From positions 2,747 to 66,746 of the forward strand of contig CAZYAY010000006.1 in the NCBI GenBank assembly GCA_964646215.1: a stretch of 64,000 bases of DNA, written 5' to 3'. The notes beneath the pieces are model-generated. The model was not told where the DNA came from and did no database searches. It was given only the letters and a program-made list of their open reading frames with translations. Source of the stretch: an uncultured Candidatus Kuenenia sp. Its GTDB lineage: Bacteria > Planctomycetota > Planctomycetia > Gemmatales > Gemmataceae. The position numbers and the translations under genes are program-made. Positions 43,428-53,723 of this stretch are shown here, one piece after another; the first letter of the stretch is position 1, and each line of letters starts with the position of its first letter.

Positions 43428-45432
43428 TGCTATGGCATATTTATGGATGATCCCTGTAATTCCTATTGTTGCAGGTTTTATCACATTCATTATCGGGCCC
43501 GGCCTTCTTCGTTCCCAAGCACATTTGCCTTGCATTATTGCCGGCTTAATTTCTTTTGTTTTGTCTACCATGGTCCTTAATGATGTAGTCAAGGCGATTC
43601 AAACTAGTGATATATCCAATCCTTCGTCTGTTGCCGTTTCCTATTTTGAATGGTTCCGGACAGGAGATCCAAATCTTATTGGGGAAAACTTTAAAAAAGC
43701 TGGTTCCTTAAAAGCTGAATTCAGTCTACGATTAGATCCCCTTTCTTCAGCAATGATTGTCATGGTTACTTTTTTAGGTACCCTCATTGCGGTATTCTCA
43801 ACAGGCTACATGCGGGATCATCACGGGAATATAGATCCTGGCTACCCGCGTTTTTTTGCATCTGTTTCTCTTTTTCTTGGGGCCATGTTAATTCTTGTTC
43901 TTGCTGATAATGCTTTATTGCTATACGCCGGTTGGGAGGGCGTCGGGCTTTGTAGTTATTTGCTTATTGGTTTCTGGTTTGAAAAGCCATCAGCTTGCAA
44001 GGCTGCACGAAAAGCATTTTTAGTTACAAGGCTTGGAGACGTGGCTTTGTTTTTAGGTTTTGCATCTTTATGGGTTTCTTCAGGCTATCGGCTTGATTTT
44101 GAAGGATTATTGAATCTTGAAAATTATGATTCTGGTGTTGGATTAGCTTGCTTTCTAATTTTTCTTGGTGCTTGTGGAAAATCGGCACAGTTTCCTCTCC
44201 ATGTTTGGTTGCCAGATGCGATGGAAGGCCCTTCTCCAGTAAGCGCCCTTATACATGCTGCTACCATGGTAACTGCGGGGGTTTATTTGCTTGCTAGATT
44301 TATGCCATTATTTGCTTCCGTGCCAGAAGTGCAAATGGTTGTCATTGGTATCGGTGCTTTTACCAGTCTTTTGGCCGCTTTAATTGCACTGACTCAAACA
44401 GATTTAAAACGAATACTTGCATATTCTACAATGAGCCAACTCGGATATATGTTCATGGCTTTGGGTTCCGGTATTGATATTAAATCAGCTCTTCCAATGC
44501 TTGCTGTAAGTGCTGCAATTTTTCATCTCTTAACCCATGCCTTTTTTAAAGCATTGCTTTTTTTAAGCGCTGGAAGCGTTATGCATTCAATGCATGACGT
44601 AATTGATTTAAGACGTATAGGTGGTTTAAGGAAGGTTCTTCCTTTAACACATATTGGTTTCTTGTTTGGTGCGTTGGCATTGGCTGGTTTGCCTCCGTTT
44701 GCTGGTTTTTGGAGTAAAGATGAGATTCTAAGTGTTATTCATGAAACTTCAAAACATTCCAATCATCCTTGGTTTTACATATTAATGTGGGCCACTGGGA
44801 TTTTTGTCGCTTTTTTAACAGCTTTCTACACTTTTAGAGCTTATTTTCTTACTTTTTGGGGTACCTTGAAACTTCCTGAGGAATGTCACGGTGAAGTTCA
44901 TGAATGCCCAAAATCGATGACATATCCCTTGTTGCTTTTATCAGTTTTTGCAATTGGGATCGGATTTGTTTTCTCTAATTTTACATCGTTATCAATAGAA
45001 AAATTTCTTTCAAATATTCCTGGTTATAGTGTGCTAGCTCACCATTCTCATGACTGGTTGACTGTAGGTTTTGCCACCTCTTCGGGTTTAGCTGGCTTGG
45101 TTTTGGCATTTGTTTTTTACAGCAAAGGTAGCGTTACGATTTCTGAACAAGCTTCTGCGAAGTCAAACTTTGCCATTGAACTTAGTAGGAACAAGTTCTT
45201 TTTTGACGAGATTTACAACAAACTTTTAATCGCCCCTCTGACTTTGGTATTTTATTGCGCGAGAATTTTCGACCAATACATCCTTGATGGTATCGTTGAT
45301 TTGATTGCTCATATTCCAAAAATGTTTGCGCAATTGTTTCGACCCATTCAAAATGGTTTGGTCCAGTTTTATGCCCTTGCAATGATATTGGCGGTAACTG
45401 TATTCCTGATAGCCCTAGCAAGATCGATGTAG
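43411..45432 (+). CDS. nuoL: NADH-quinone oxidoreductase subunit L
   Basis: WEGVGLCSYLLIGFW, GKSAQFPLHVWLPDAMEGPSPVSALIHAATMVTAGVYL, and the long C-terminal region expected of the lateral helix. Confidence 0.94.
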   Translation: MQAMYDAMAYLWMIPVIPIVAGFITFIIGPGLLRSQAHLPCIIAGLISFVLSTMVLNDVVKAIQTSDISNPSSVAVSYFEWFRTGDPNLIGENFKKAGSLKAEFSLRLDPLSSAMIVMVTFLGTLIAVFSTGYMRDHHGNIDPGYPRFFASVSLFLGAMLILVLADNALLLYAGWEGVGLCSYLLIGFWFEKPSACKAARKAFLVTRLGDVALFLGFASLWVSSGYRLDFEGLLNLENYDSGVGLACFLIFLGACGKSAQFPLHVWLPDAMEGPSPVSALIHAATMVTAGVYLLARFMPLFASVPEVQMVVIGIGAFTSLLAALIALTQTDLKRILAYSTMSQLGYMFMALGSGIDIKSALPMLAVSAAIFHLLTHAFFKALLFLSAGSVMHSMHDVIDLRRIGGLRKVLPLTHIGFLFGALALAGLPPFAGFWSKDEILSVIHETSKHSNHPWFYILMWATGIFVAFLTAFYTFRAYFLTFWGTLKLPEECHGEVHECPKSMTYPLLLLSVFAIGIGFVFSNFTSLSIEKFLSNIPGYSVLAHHSHDWLTVGFATSSGLAGLVLAFVFYSKGSVTISEQASAKSNFAIELSRNKFFFDEIYNKLLIAPLTLVFYCARIFDQYILDGIVDLIAHIPKMFAQLFRPIQNGLVQFYALAMILAVTVFLIALARSM

Positions 45433-45438
45433 TGCAAA

Positions 45439-47184
45439 ATGAGTCAATTAGTTTTACTTCTTTTGTTGGTTCCTTTGGCGGGCGGTTTAGTTACCCTTTT
45501 CGTAAGAAATGCTGGGAATGACTTCGCACGGAAACTTGCCTTGGGATTCTTTCTGTTAAACCTTTTTATCTCTCTTAAACTGACTTGGGATTATTTACCC
45601 CTTCTTGAGAAACATGCTATTTCGGTTGAAGAAAAACTTACTTTTGTCCCCTTGGAATCAAGTGTTACTGTTTTTGATCTAGTTCGGATCCATCCTCCCC
45701 GTGAAGGTCGTCCCGATGTTGGTTCAATTCGCTTTTTTATTGGCATCGATGGCCTAAATCTTTTTTTGCTCCCATTAACCTGCATTTTATTTGCCGGTTC
45801 AGTCCTTGCTACTTGGAATTCAATCCGCGAAAAAGCACATCTTTACTATGGACTAATGCTCCTACTCCAATTCTCGACGATCGGGGCTTTTTTATCATTT
45901 GATGTAATTCTGTTTTATGCCTTTTTTGAACTGACTTTGATTCCGCTTCTTTTTCTTATTGCAATGTGGGGTGGGCCTAACAGGCAATACGCAGCTAAAA
46001 AAGTATTCGTTTATACCTTGGGTGGTGGACTTGCTACTTTGCTCGGAATAATTGGGCTTGTGTCTGCCTTAAATCAAAACTATCTTGATGATAATAATGA
46101 TTTGCCTATTACATTTTCTATCCCTGAGTTGATCACTGCTTCTCACAATACCCAGGTTGGCCTTAATAAAAATGTTTTTGAAGCTAATAATGATAAAGAT
46201 TTGCAAAATCCTTTACTTAAAACAAATCTTGAAATTAACAAATCAAGGTTAGATTATTGGGCATCTTATCAAAAATGGATTTTTCTACTTTTGGCTACAG
46301 GTTTCTTGGTTAAGCTTCCTGCTTTTCCTTTCCATACTTGGCAGCCTACAGCTTATTATGAGGCTCCTACTGGTGTTACCTTGGTGTTGGGTGGAATTCT
46401 TGCTAAACTTGGGGTTTTTGGCTTCCTTAGGCTTTGCGTACCAATGTTGCCTGCTCCTGCCTGGGAATTTGGAACGTATTTGTTTTCAATTCTTGCCGTG
46501 ATTGCAATTTTGTATGGTGCTGCATGTGCCATTGCTCAAGATGATTTAAAACGAATGCTTGCCTATAGCAGTTTTAGTCATCTTGGTTTTTGTCTTTTAG
46601 GCATATTTGCAATGAATGAAACAGGTTTGACTGGTAGTTATCTACAAATGATTAATCATGGTTTAAATGTTGGTGCACTTTTCTTCATCTGTGAAATTCT
46701 AAACCATAGATACGGCACTACTAAATTTAAAGATCTTCAGGGACTTGGAACTAAATTAAAAGTTCTTTCAGCCATAACTGTATTTTATGTCATGTGTAGT
46801 GTGGGTTTACCCGGCCTTAATGGCTTTGTTGGCGAAATCATGTGTTTATTTGGTATGTTTGAATCCAAGAACCCAAATATAACAGGCAAAGTTTTAGCTT
46901 CCATAAGTAGTTTGGGAATGGTTCTTGGTTCTTGGTATTTGATTACAATGCTCATGAAAGTGTTTTTTGGAAAGCTTTCTGAACCTGTATTTAAAAAAGA
47001 AGATCCTGTTTCCGATCTTACTATGCTGGAAAAATTTTTCTTGTTTCCTTTGGCAGGTCTTTGTCTTTTCCTTGGTATTTATCCCCAACCTATGATTGAT
47101 ACTATTCGACCTGAGATACATTTGATTGCAAAGCTGAATTCACAGGCAAATAATTTGTTATCAGTTGCTAAAACTGATAAATAG
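45439..47184 (+). CDS. nuoM: NADH-quinone oxidoreductase subunit M
   Basis: FFELTLIPLLFLIAMWGG, KLPAFPFHTWQPTAYYEAPTGVTLVLGGILAKLG, and MLAYSSFSHLGF. Confidence 0.93.
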   Translation: MSQLVLLLLLVPLAGGLVTLFVRNAGNDFARKLALGFFLLNLFISLKLTWDYLPLLEKHAISVEEKLTFVPLESSVTVFDLVRIHPPREGRPDVGSIRFFIGIDGLNLFLLPLTCILFAGSVLATWNSIREKAHLYYGLMLLLQFSTIGAFLSFDVILFYAFFELTLIPLLFLIAMWGGPNRQYAAKKVFVYTLGGGLATLLGIIGLVSALNQNYLDDNNDLPITFSIPELITASHNTQVGLNKNVFEANNDKDLQNPLLKTNLEINKSRLDYWASYQKWIFLLLATGFLVKLPAFPFHTWQPTAYYEAPTGVTLVLGGILAKLGVFGFLRLCVPMLPAPAWEFGTYLFSILAVIAILYGAACAIAQDDLKRMLAYSSFSHLGFCLLGIFAMNETGLTGSYLQMINHGLNVGALFFICEILNHRYGTTKFKDLQGLGTKLKVLSAITVFYVMCSVGLPGLNGFVGEIMCLFGMFESKNPNITGKVLASISSLGMVLGSWYLITMLMKVFFGKLSEPVFKKEDPVSDLTMLEKFFLFPLAGLCLFLGIYPQPMIDTIRPEIHLIAKLNSQANNLLSVAKTDK

Positions 47185-47221
47185 TGTGCACCTTATTTTT
47201 TAGATTGGTATTGGTGGATCA

Positions 47222-48862
47222 ATGAGCGGATCAATTTTAATTACAGATTGCATTCAATACATGATGCCCGAGGTCGTGCTTTTCTTTCTGGGAAGCATTA
47301 TTCTTCTTGTTGGTCCCTTTGCTAAAAAAAACACTCCTTGGGCTTTGATTAGTTCCCTTGGTTTTTTGTTAGCCTATTTCCTGCTGCTTTCCAAAAAACA
47401 TGATGCCCTTGACCAATCACTTTTATTTTCAACAAATATCCTTGAAGATACCTCTTCCAATTTTATAAGACACTTTTCATTGGGTATGGGGTTGTTTTTT
47501 TCTTTACTTTTTTGGCGTGATGCTGAATCTGATAATTCTTTTGAAACTATGGCTCTTATCATTTTTCTTGTTACCGGGTGCTCTATTGTTGGTATCTCCA
47601 ATGATTTGATTGTACTTTTTCTAGGTCTAGAATTAATCAGCATTCCAACATACGTCTTGCTTTACCTTCACGGAAAAAAAGACTTTGCCGCTGAATCTGC
47701 AATGAAATATTTTTTCCTCTCGATTTTCTCTTCCGGACTTATTCTTTTGGGTTTCAGTTACCTATATGGCATTGTTGGATCCACAAATATTTCAGCGATT
47801 TCTGATGCCCTCAGCAATGGGTACCGTTTCAAGCCTGCCGTTGATATAGATAATACTTCCGGATTGCTCTTTCTAATCCCCATGCTAGCTATACTTGCGG
47901 GGTTAGGTTTTAAAATAAGCATGGTACCATTTCATTTTTATGCTCCAGATGTTTATCAAGGAACTAGTTATCGAATGTGCGCCCTCCTTGCCACTGTTTC
48001 CAAAGTTGCTGGTTTTGCTGCTATTATTCGTATCTTTGGTTTTGCTTTGGCCCAGGGGGCCCTTCCAGGTACTTCTAAAACTCTCGATAATATATATGTT
48101 TTGTTTTGGATTTTAGCTACCGTTACAATGACTATTGGCACCATTCTTGGCTTGCTTCAGCGCAATCTTCGTAGAATTTTAGCTTATTCAAGCATTTCTC
48201 ATTCAGGATATATTCTTGCAGGAATTGCAGTCGCGCCAAAACTTGATTTGGCTGCTGGCGTTGATGGTATTGGAGCTTCTTTCTTTTATTTAATTGCTTA
48301 CTTCTTTGGTACCTTTGGTATTTTTGCTGTTCTAGATGTGTTGGACACTAAAGAAAAGCCGATTGAAGATTGGGATGATCTTGCCGGGGTAGGCACTCAA
48401 AATCCATTGTTGGCCATATGTTTAGCCGTGTTTTTGTTTAGTTTGATAGGTATCCCGTTCACAGGTGGTTTCCTTGCTAAATTCTTTATTGTGTTTGGGT
48501 GTGTAAGTGTTCCTTACTCCTGGGATGATGCGCTTAGTAAGGGAACCCATAATTTGTTTTTCTTGCTAGGTATTATTGCGTTTTTAAATGCTGCAATAGG
48601 TTCTTGGATTTATTTGAGGATCTTGTCTGGTGTTTATTTTAAACCTGCGATTTGGCCAAAGGTTCTTAGCACATCGTTTAGACCTAGTTATCTGCCAATT
48701 TTTGCTTGTCTTTTAATAGTAATTGTTCTTGGTGTTAGGCCAAATCTTGTCATTAATCTTACTTTGTTAAAAGGTATGGCTGATCAAGGTAATAATGCTT
48801 CATTATCAAAAATTAATATTTCTAAACCTGCCGGAACCGATATGGTTTTGAAACGTGAATGA
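47222..48862 (+). CDS. nuoN: NADH-quinone oxidoreductase subunit N
   Basis: LGLELISIPTYVL, KISMVPFHFYAPDVYQGTS, and ILAYSSISHSGY. It is the last antiporter-like subunit in the operon. Confidence 0.92.
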   Translation: MSGSILITDCIQYMMPEVVLFFLGSIILLVGPFAKKNTPWALISSLGFLLAYFLLLSKKHDALDQSLLFSTNILEDTSSNFIRHFSLGMGLFFSLLFWRDAESDNSFETMALIIFLVTGCSIVGISNDLIVLFLGLELISIPTYVLLYLHGKKDFAAESAMKYFFLSIFSSGLILLGFSYLYGIVGSTNISAISDALSNGYRFKPAVDIDNTSGLLFLIPMLAILAGLGFKISMVPFHFYAPDVYQGTSYRMCALLATVSKVAGFAAIIRIFGFALAQGALPGTSKTLDNIYVLFWILATVTMTIGTILGLLQRNLRRILAYSSISHSGYILAGIAVAPKLDLAAGVDGIGASFFYLIAYFFGTFGIFAVLDVLDTKEKPIEDWDDLAGVGTQNPLLAICLAVFLFSLIGIPFTGGFLAKFFIVFGCVSVPYSWDDALSKGTHNLFFLLGIIAFLNAAIGSWIYLRILSGVYFKPAIWPKVLSTSFRPSYLPIFACLLIVIVLGVRPNLVINLTLLKGMADQGNNASLSKINISKPAGTDMVLKRE

Positions 48863-49841
48863 TATTGCGAAACTGATGCCAGATAACATTGTTGAGTCTG
48901 TTCTTTCAAATTTTAATATCGGTAATCCTTCTACATTTTCAGTCTTTCCTATTAATTGTGGGTTGAGTAGTTCTTCTGTACATAAAGTTACTTCGTCTGA
49001 AGGTGTGTTTGTTTTAAAGTCTTATCATAAATCAACATTAAATTCTTTACAATCAGTTCATGAGTTGCTTGAAAAAGTTCGGGATAATGGCTTCGATTTA
49101 TTTCCATTAATAATACCTGGTAAACTTAAAGAGAGTTTTCTTTATCAACATGGGTTTTACTGGGATCTTTCTTCTTGGATTCCTGGAAGTTCGCCTGACA
49201 TTTCGATTGGTAGTTTAGTTCAATGTATAAACAAATTGTTTCAATTTCACAGCGCATCTGATTTTCATGAATCCGAGTATGGGACTATGCCTGCCATGGA
49301 AAAACGAATCCGTGAGATAAACTCTTTTGCAATATCACCTATAAATTATTCATCTATATCATTTATTCCGATTCCCATTTTGATGGAACATTTGAAATGG
49401 ATTAGACAGCAATTGATTTGTTTGGACTTATGGCCTTTACCAAAAGTGAATATTCAATTTTGTTGGGGTGATGCACGAAAAGAAAATATACTTTTCAACC
49501 AAGACAAAATTAGCGGTTTTATTGATTATTGTACAATGAGAAAGGATTGCAGGGAGGTGGATGTTTCTAGAATGATATCCAGCTTTGCTGGTGATGATTA
49601 CGCAATGTGGACTGATGGATTAAATGCATACTCAGCGAAATCCCCAATTAATTATTTGGTTTGTAGGAAGCTTGATATTTTAGGAACGATTGGATCTTTT
49701 TATAGATGGTTGAATTGGTTGCAAAAACCAATGCCAGAATTGATACTAAATCAGGGGGTTCAAAGATTTGCGGAGATATTTCAAAGGATAAAAAAATGGA
49801 AAGAGCACGGATCTCTGAAATCCATGCTCTTTTATGATTAG
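48855..49841 (+). CDS. Phosphotransferase-family (APH / CotS / homoserine-kinase-II-like) kinase-fold protein
   Basis: FCWGDARKENILFNQDKISGFIDYCTM corresponds to the APH catalytic loop (H/x-G-D-x4-N) plus the Mg-binding (I/F)-D. Upstream is VFVLKSY (beta3 Lys). GTG 48855 overlaps the nuoN stop by 8 nt; the alternative ATG at 48876 is 14 nt downstream. Confidence 0.7.
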   Translation: MNDIAKLMPDNIVESVLSNFNIGNPSTFSVFPINCGLSSSSVHKVTSSEGVFVLKSYHKSTLNSLQSVHELLEKVRDNGFDLFPLIIPGKLKESFLYQHGFYWDLSSWIPGSSPDISIGSLVQCINKLFQFHSASDFHESEYGTMPAMEKRIREINSFAISPINYSSISFIPIPILMEHLKWIRQQLICLDLWPLPKVNIQFCWGDARKENILFNQDKISGFIDYCTMRKDCREVDVSRMISSFAGDDYAMWTDGLNAYSAKSPINYLVCRKLDILGTIGSFYRWLNWLQKPMPELILNQGVQRFAEIFQRIKKWKEHGSLKSMLFYD

Positions 49842-49849
49842 TAAAATTA

Positions 49850-50308
49850 TTAACGCTTGGAGAACTGGAAACTCTTTCGAGCTCCCTTTCTGCCATATTT
49901 TTTGCGTTCTTTCATCCTACCGTCCCGGGTAAGGAAACCGGAATCTCTAAGCTTCTTAGCCAAAGTAAGAGGTGCACCTTCTTCTTCGCTTACAGGAGGT
50001 TGTTCAGCCTCGGTGAGACCAAACATTGCTTTCAAAGCTCTAGCTACACCCTGACTAATGGCACCAGCTTGCCCAGAAATGCCGCCACCCTTGGTGGTGA
50101 CAATAACATCAAGGCGCTTGACCATATCAGCAAGAATAATGGGGCCAAGAACAAATTGGCGATCTTTTTCTTCGGTCAGGTAAACTTCCAAGGTCTTTTT
50201 GTTAATGGAAATTTTGCCTGTGCCTTCGCAAATTCTTACACGAGCAACCGATGTTTTTCGTCTGCCTGTGCCCCAATAAAATGTCTTCTTCGACTTAGTT
50301 TCAGCCAC
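49850..50308 (-). CDS. rpsI: 30S ribosomal protein S9
   Basis: GTGRRKTSVARVRI, GGGISGQAGAISQGVARAL, and the C-terminal KERKKYGRKGARKSFQFSKR. Confidence 0.95.
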   Translation of the reverse strand: MAETKSKKTFYWGTGRRKTSVARVRICEGTGKISINKKTLEVYLTEEKDRQFVLGPIILADMVKRLDVIVTTKGGGISGQAGAISQGVARALKAMFGLTEAEQPPVSEEEGAPLTLAKKLRDSGFLTRDGRMKERKKYGRKGARKSFQFSKR

Positions 50309-50329
50309 GATATCTTCTCCAGTTAAATG

Positions 50330-50761
50330 CTATACTTTGAATTCCACCGGTTGTTGAGCATGATGTGGGTGCTCCGTACCAGCGTAAATTTTCAGCTTGA
50401 TAATTTGTTGTCTAGCTAAAGGCGTCTTGGGCATCATTCTTTTTACTGCTTCGCGAATAATACGATCAGGATGATTTTGAAGCCAATCTTTAGCGGAGGC
50501 AGTTTTCAAACCACCGGGGTAGTGGGTATACCAGCGATATACTTTGGTATTTATCTTTTTACCGGTAAATCGAAGTTTTGATGCGTTCAAAACAATAACA
50601 AACTCACCCGTGTCGTGATGATGGGTGAATTCAGGACGGTGCTTGCCACGCAACAAATTAGCAATTTGTACAGCCAATCTGCCTACAATTTGATCCGCAG
50701 CATCAATAACCAGCCACCTTTTCTCAGGTTCCTGAGAAGGCTTAGCCATATATGTCTTCAT
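50330..50761 (-). CDS. rplM: 50S ribosomal protein L13
   Basis: MKTYMAKPSQEPEKRWLVIDA...GRLAVQIANLLRGKHRPEFTHH looks colinear with E. coli L13. GGAG RBS precedes ATG 50761; the ORF track TTG is at 50782. Confidence 0.95.
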   Translation of the reverse strand: MKTYMAKPSQEPEKRWLVIDAADQIVGRLAVQIANLLRGKHRPEFTHHHDTGEFVIVLNASKLRFTGKKINTKVYRWYTHYPGGLKTASAKDWLQNHPDRIIREAVKRMMPKTPLARQQIIKLKIYAGTEHPHHAQQPVEFKV

Positions 50762-51304
50762 AATAATCTCCACAATGACCAAAAAATTATTTTATTTTAA
50801 GAAAATAAAATGTCAATAAGCATTAAAATATAGTTCATAATGCTTTGGTCACTTTTACATCAGTAAACCTTATTAATTTCTTTTTATAATAATGATGGAT
50901 AAATAGCCATACTTTTTGCATAATAATTCATTGTGTGGTAAAGACTTATGTTTTGTGAGGTTTTAAGAAAGAAGTAGCTGGATTTGTGAAGCATTGCTGA
51001 TTTTTTGTGCTAAAAAACCAATTATTTAAGAATTTGACTGATCAACACGCGTAGAAGTAAATAAATATTAAGCCATTTTTGATAAAGGTTGTTTTGTAAC
51101 GGGTTGTCCTTTGTTTTTGTTACTTATTTTCTTGTGACTTATCTGATAATCGTTACAAATGAAGGGTTTTGGTTTAATTTTTAAAATTTCTATTTAGTTG
51201 TCAATCTGTGTTTTTTAGCTTTTTGCTTCATAAATACCATTTTCTTTTTTTTATTCGCTTATTTTGTGCGAAAACCTCGTTTATTTTATTAATAGAGGTG
51301 AAAA

Positions 51305-52867
51305 GTGAATTCTGAACAAATCGGTTATATATTTCTGGCAGGTTTAGTTTCAGCTGGAATAGGCTATGCGATTGCTACGATTTTTTACCGTACCAAGTTA
51401 AATAGTTTGAATGCAGACAGCAATTCTTTGATTAATGATGCCAAGGCTAAAGCAGAAAAGATAATTAAAGATGCTGAGTTATTGTCTAAAGAAGATAGTT
51501 TTCGAAGAAAAGAAGAACTGAATAAAAGTTTTGAAAATATTCGCCTTGATCTACGCGATCAAGAAAAACGCTTGGAAAAGCGCGAAGACGCAATTGAAGA
51601 TAAAGCCAGGGATATGCTTAAAAGGGAGCGTTTAACAGAAGTTCTTCAAAATCAGTTGCAAGATCGCAAAAATGAAACTGATATCAAAAACAAGAAATTT
51701 GCTGAGATTCTTGAGAAACAAGAAAAAAGATTATTAGATATATCTGGCATTTCACGGGATCATGCCGAAAAAATGCTTTTTGAAAATTTGGAACGAACTC
51801 TTAGTAAACAAGTAGCTGAGAAGTTGAAAAAGCATGATGAGCATCTGAAAGATTCTGCCAAGGAATCTGCCAGGAAAATCTTAGCAATGGCTGTTCAACG
51901 CTATGCTTCACAGCATTCTGTTGAAAGCACCGTTAGCACCGTTGATATTCCAAATGATGATATTAAAGGCCGAATAATTGGTCGTGAAGGCCGTAATATC
52001 AGAACATTTCAAAATGTTACAGGGGTTGATCTGATTGTCGATGATACCCCAGGCGTGGTGGTTGTTAGTGCTTTTGATAGTGTTAGGCGGGAAATTGCCA
52101 GGCTTTCATTATTAAAGCTTATTCAAGATGGGCGAATCCACCCCACTAAAATTGAAGAAGTGGTTAAGGAATCCCAAGAAGAGATGGAAAAACACATAAT
52201 GGAAATGGGCCGCGAAGCCCTTAATGAAGTAGGTATGGGGCCTTTGAATGATAAACTTGTTCAATTGCTAGGTAGGTTGAAATTCAGGACCAGTTATAGT
52301 CAAAATGTATTACGTCATAGCATTGAAGTTGCTTTCCTAGCCGGAATGCTCGCGGATGAATTAGGTTTGGATGGTAGGTTAGCCAGAAAATGTGGTTTAT
52401 TGCACGATATTGGTAAAGCCGCTGATCACGAAATGGAAGGTGGTCACCCGAAAATTGGTGCTGAACTCGCCCGTAAATACGGTGAAACCAATCCTGACGT
52501 ATTGCATGCTATTGCAGGTCATCATGACGATATAACTGTTGACCATATCTATACAGTTTTAGTGGCGACTGCTGATGCCATAAGTGCTGCAAGGCCAGGC
52601 GCGCGCAGAGAGACACTAGAAAAATATGTCAAGCGATTGGAAGACCTTGAAGCTATAGCTTGCGGTTTCCCAGATGTTGAACAGGCATTTGCAATTCAAG
52701 CCGGTCGTGAACTTCGGGTAATTGCAAATGCAGCCCGCACCACCGATGAACAGGCAATAAAAACATGCCATGATATCGCCCGTGCAATTGAAGACCAGAT
52801 GAATTACCCGGGTGAAATCAAGGTCACAGTTATTCGTGAACTAAGAGTGGTGGATGTTGCAAAATAA
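51305..52867 (+). CDS. rny: Ribonuclease Y
   Basis: N-terminal TM helix, coiled coil, KH domain ([12 protein letters not shown]) and HD domain (GLLHDIGKA...GHH). GTG start follows AGAGGTGA. Confidence 0.94.
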   Translation: MNSEQIGYIFLAGLVSAGIGYAIATIFYRTKLNSLNADSNSLINDAKAKAEKIIKDAELLSKEDSFRRKEELNKSFENIRLDLRDQEKRLEKREDAIEDKARDMLKRERLTEVLQNQLQDRKNETDIKNKKFAEILEKQEKRLLDISGISRDHAEKMLFENLERTLSKQVAEKLKKHDEHLKDSAKESARKILAMAVQRYASQHSVESTVSTVDIPNDDIKGRIIGREGRNIRTFQNVTGVDLIVDDTPGVVVVSAFDSVRREIARLSLLKLIQDGRIHPTKIEEVVKESQEEMEKHIMEMGREALNEVGMGPLNDKLVQLLGRLKFRTSYSQNVLRHSIEVAFLAGMLADELGLDGRLARKCGLLHDIGKAADHEMEGGHPKIGAELARKYGETNPDVLHAIAGHHDDITVDHIYTVLVATADAISAARPGARRETLEKYVKRLEDLEAIACGFPDVEQAFAIQAGRELRVIANAARTTDEQAIKTCHDIARAIEDQMNYPGEIKVTVIRELRVVDVAK

Positions 52868-53723
52868 TTCATCAAATAGCCTGAAAATTTTAATGCTGGG
52901 AGATATCGTTGGGTCTCCAGGCGTAAATATTTTGCAGAGCTATTTACTTGCAATCAAGAAAAACATGAACCTTGATTTGGTTGTTGCAAATGCAGAAAAC
53001 GCTGCTGGAGGATCGGGGCTTACCCCTTCAATTTTTAAAAAACTAAAAGCTGCGGGAGTTGATCTTTTCACCCTGGGAGATCATATTTACAAAAAGCAAG
53101 AAATTATAAATACGCTCATATCTGAAAATTGTATCTGCAAGCCTGCAAATTACCCCTTATCATCTCCAGGCAAAACCTTTGCTTTTGCGAATACAATTAA
53201 TGGAATAACAGTTGCTGTAATTTCCTTAATGGGGCGAACTTTTATGCGCCCGGTAGATTGCCCGTTTTCTGCCGCTGAAAAATTGGTACCCGAAGTTAGC
53301 AAATTAACAAATGTAATAATTGTTGATATTCATGCCGAGGCTACCTCGGATAAATACCTTATGGGGCACTTTCTAAAAGGGAAAGTTTCCGCAGTTTTAG
53401 GAACCCATACACACGTGCAAACCGCGGACGAACAAATTTTAGGTGATGGCACTGCTTTTATTTGTGATTTGGGGATGACCGGGCCTTATGATAGTGTCCT
53501 TGGTCGATCTATTGAGCCTGTCACAGCCACCACAATTTCATTTTTACCGAATCAATTTACCGTTGGGTCGGGTGATGTTAGAATGTCTGGCGTCCTTTTG
53601 GAAATAAATGCTTCAACTGGAAAGGCAACTTCAATAAGTCGTATCCAGTTTTTTGACAAAGATTTATACAAAAAGTTTAATGGAACTGAAGAAAAGGAAT
53701 TGGTTCTTCAGCCTTCGCTATGA
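52854..53723 (+). CDS. ymdB: YmdB-family metallophosphoesterase (2',3'-cyclic-nucleotide phosphodiesterase, TIGR00282-like)
   Basis: [37 protein letters not shown], and [14 protein letters not shown]. It overlaps rny by 14 nt. The rny-ymdB pairing is a known conserved gene pair. Confidence 0.88.
   Translation: MLQNNSSNSLKILMLGDIVGSPGVNILQSYLLAIKKNMNLDLVVANAENAAGGSGLTPSIFKKLKAAGVDLFTLGDHIYKKQEIINTLISENCICKPANYPLSSPGKTFAFANTINGITVAVISLMGRTFMRPVDCPFSAAEKLVPEVSKLTNVIIVDIHAEATSDKYLMGHFLKGKVSAVLGTHTHVQTADEQILGDGTAFICDLGMTGPYDSVLGRSIEPVTATTISFLPNQFTVGSGDVRMSGVLLEINASTGKATSISRIQFFDKDLYKKFNGTEEKELVLQPSL

Noticed and set aside
49960-50030. Acidic insertion of about 15 aa (TEAEQPPVSEEEGAPL) in ribosomal protein S9
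   Set aside because: It is real in the sequence but small. It looks like an ordinary lineage-specific surface loop, so I did not report it as a finding.
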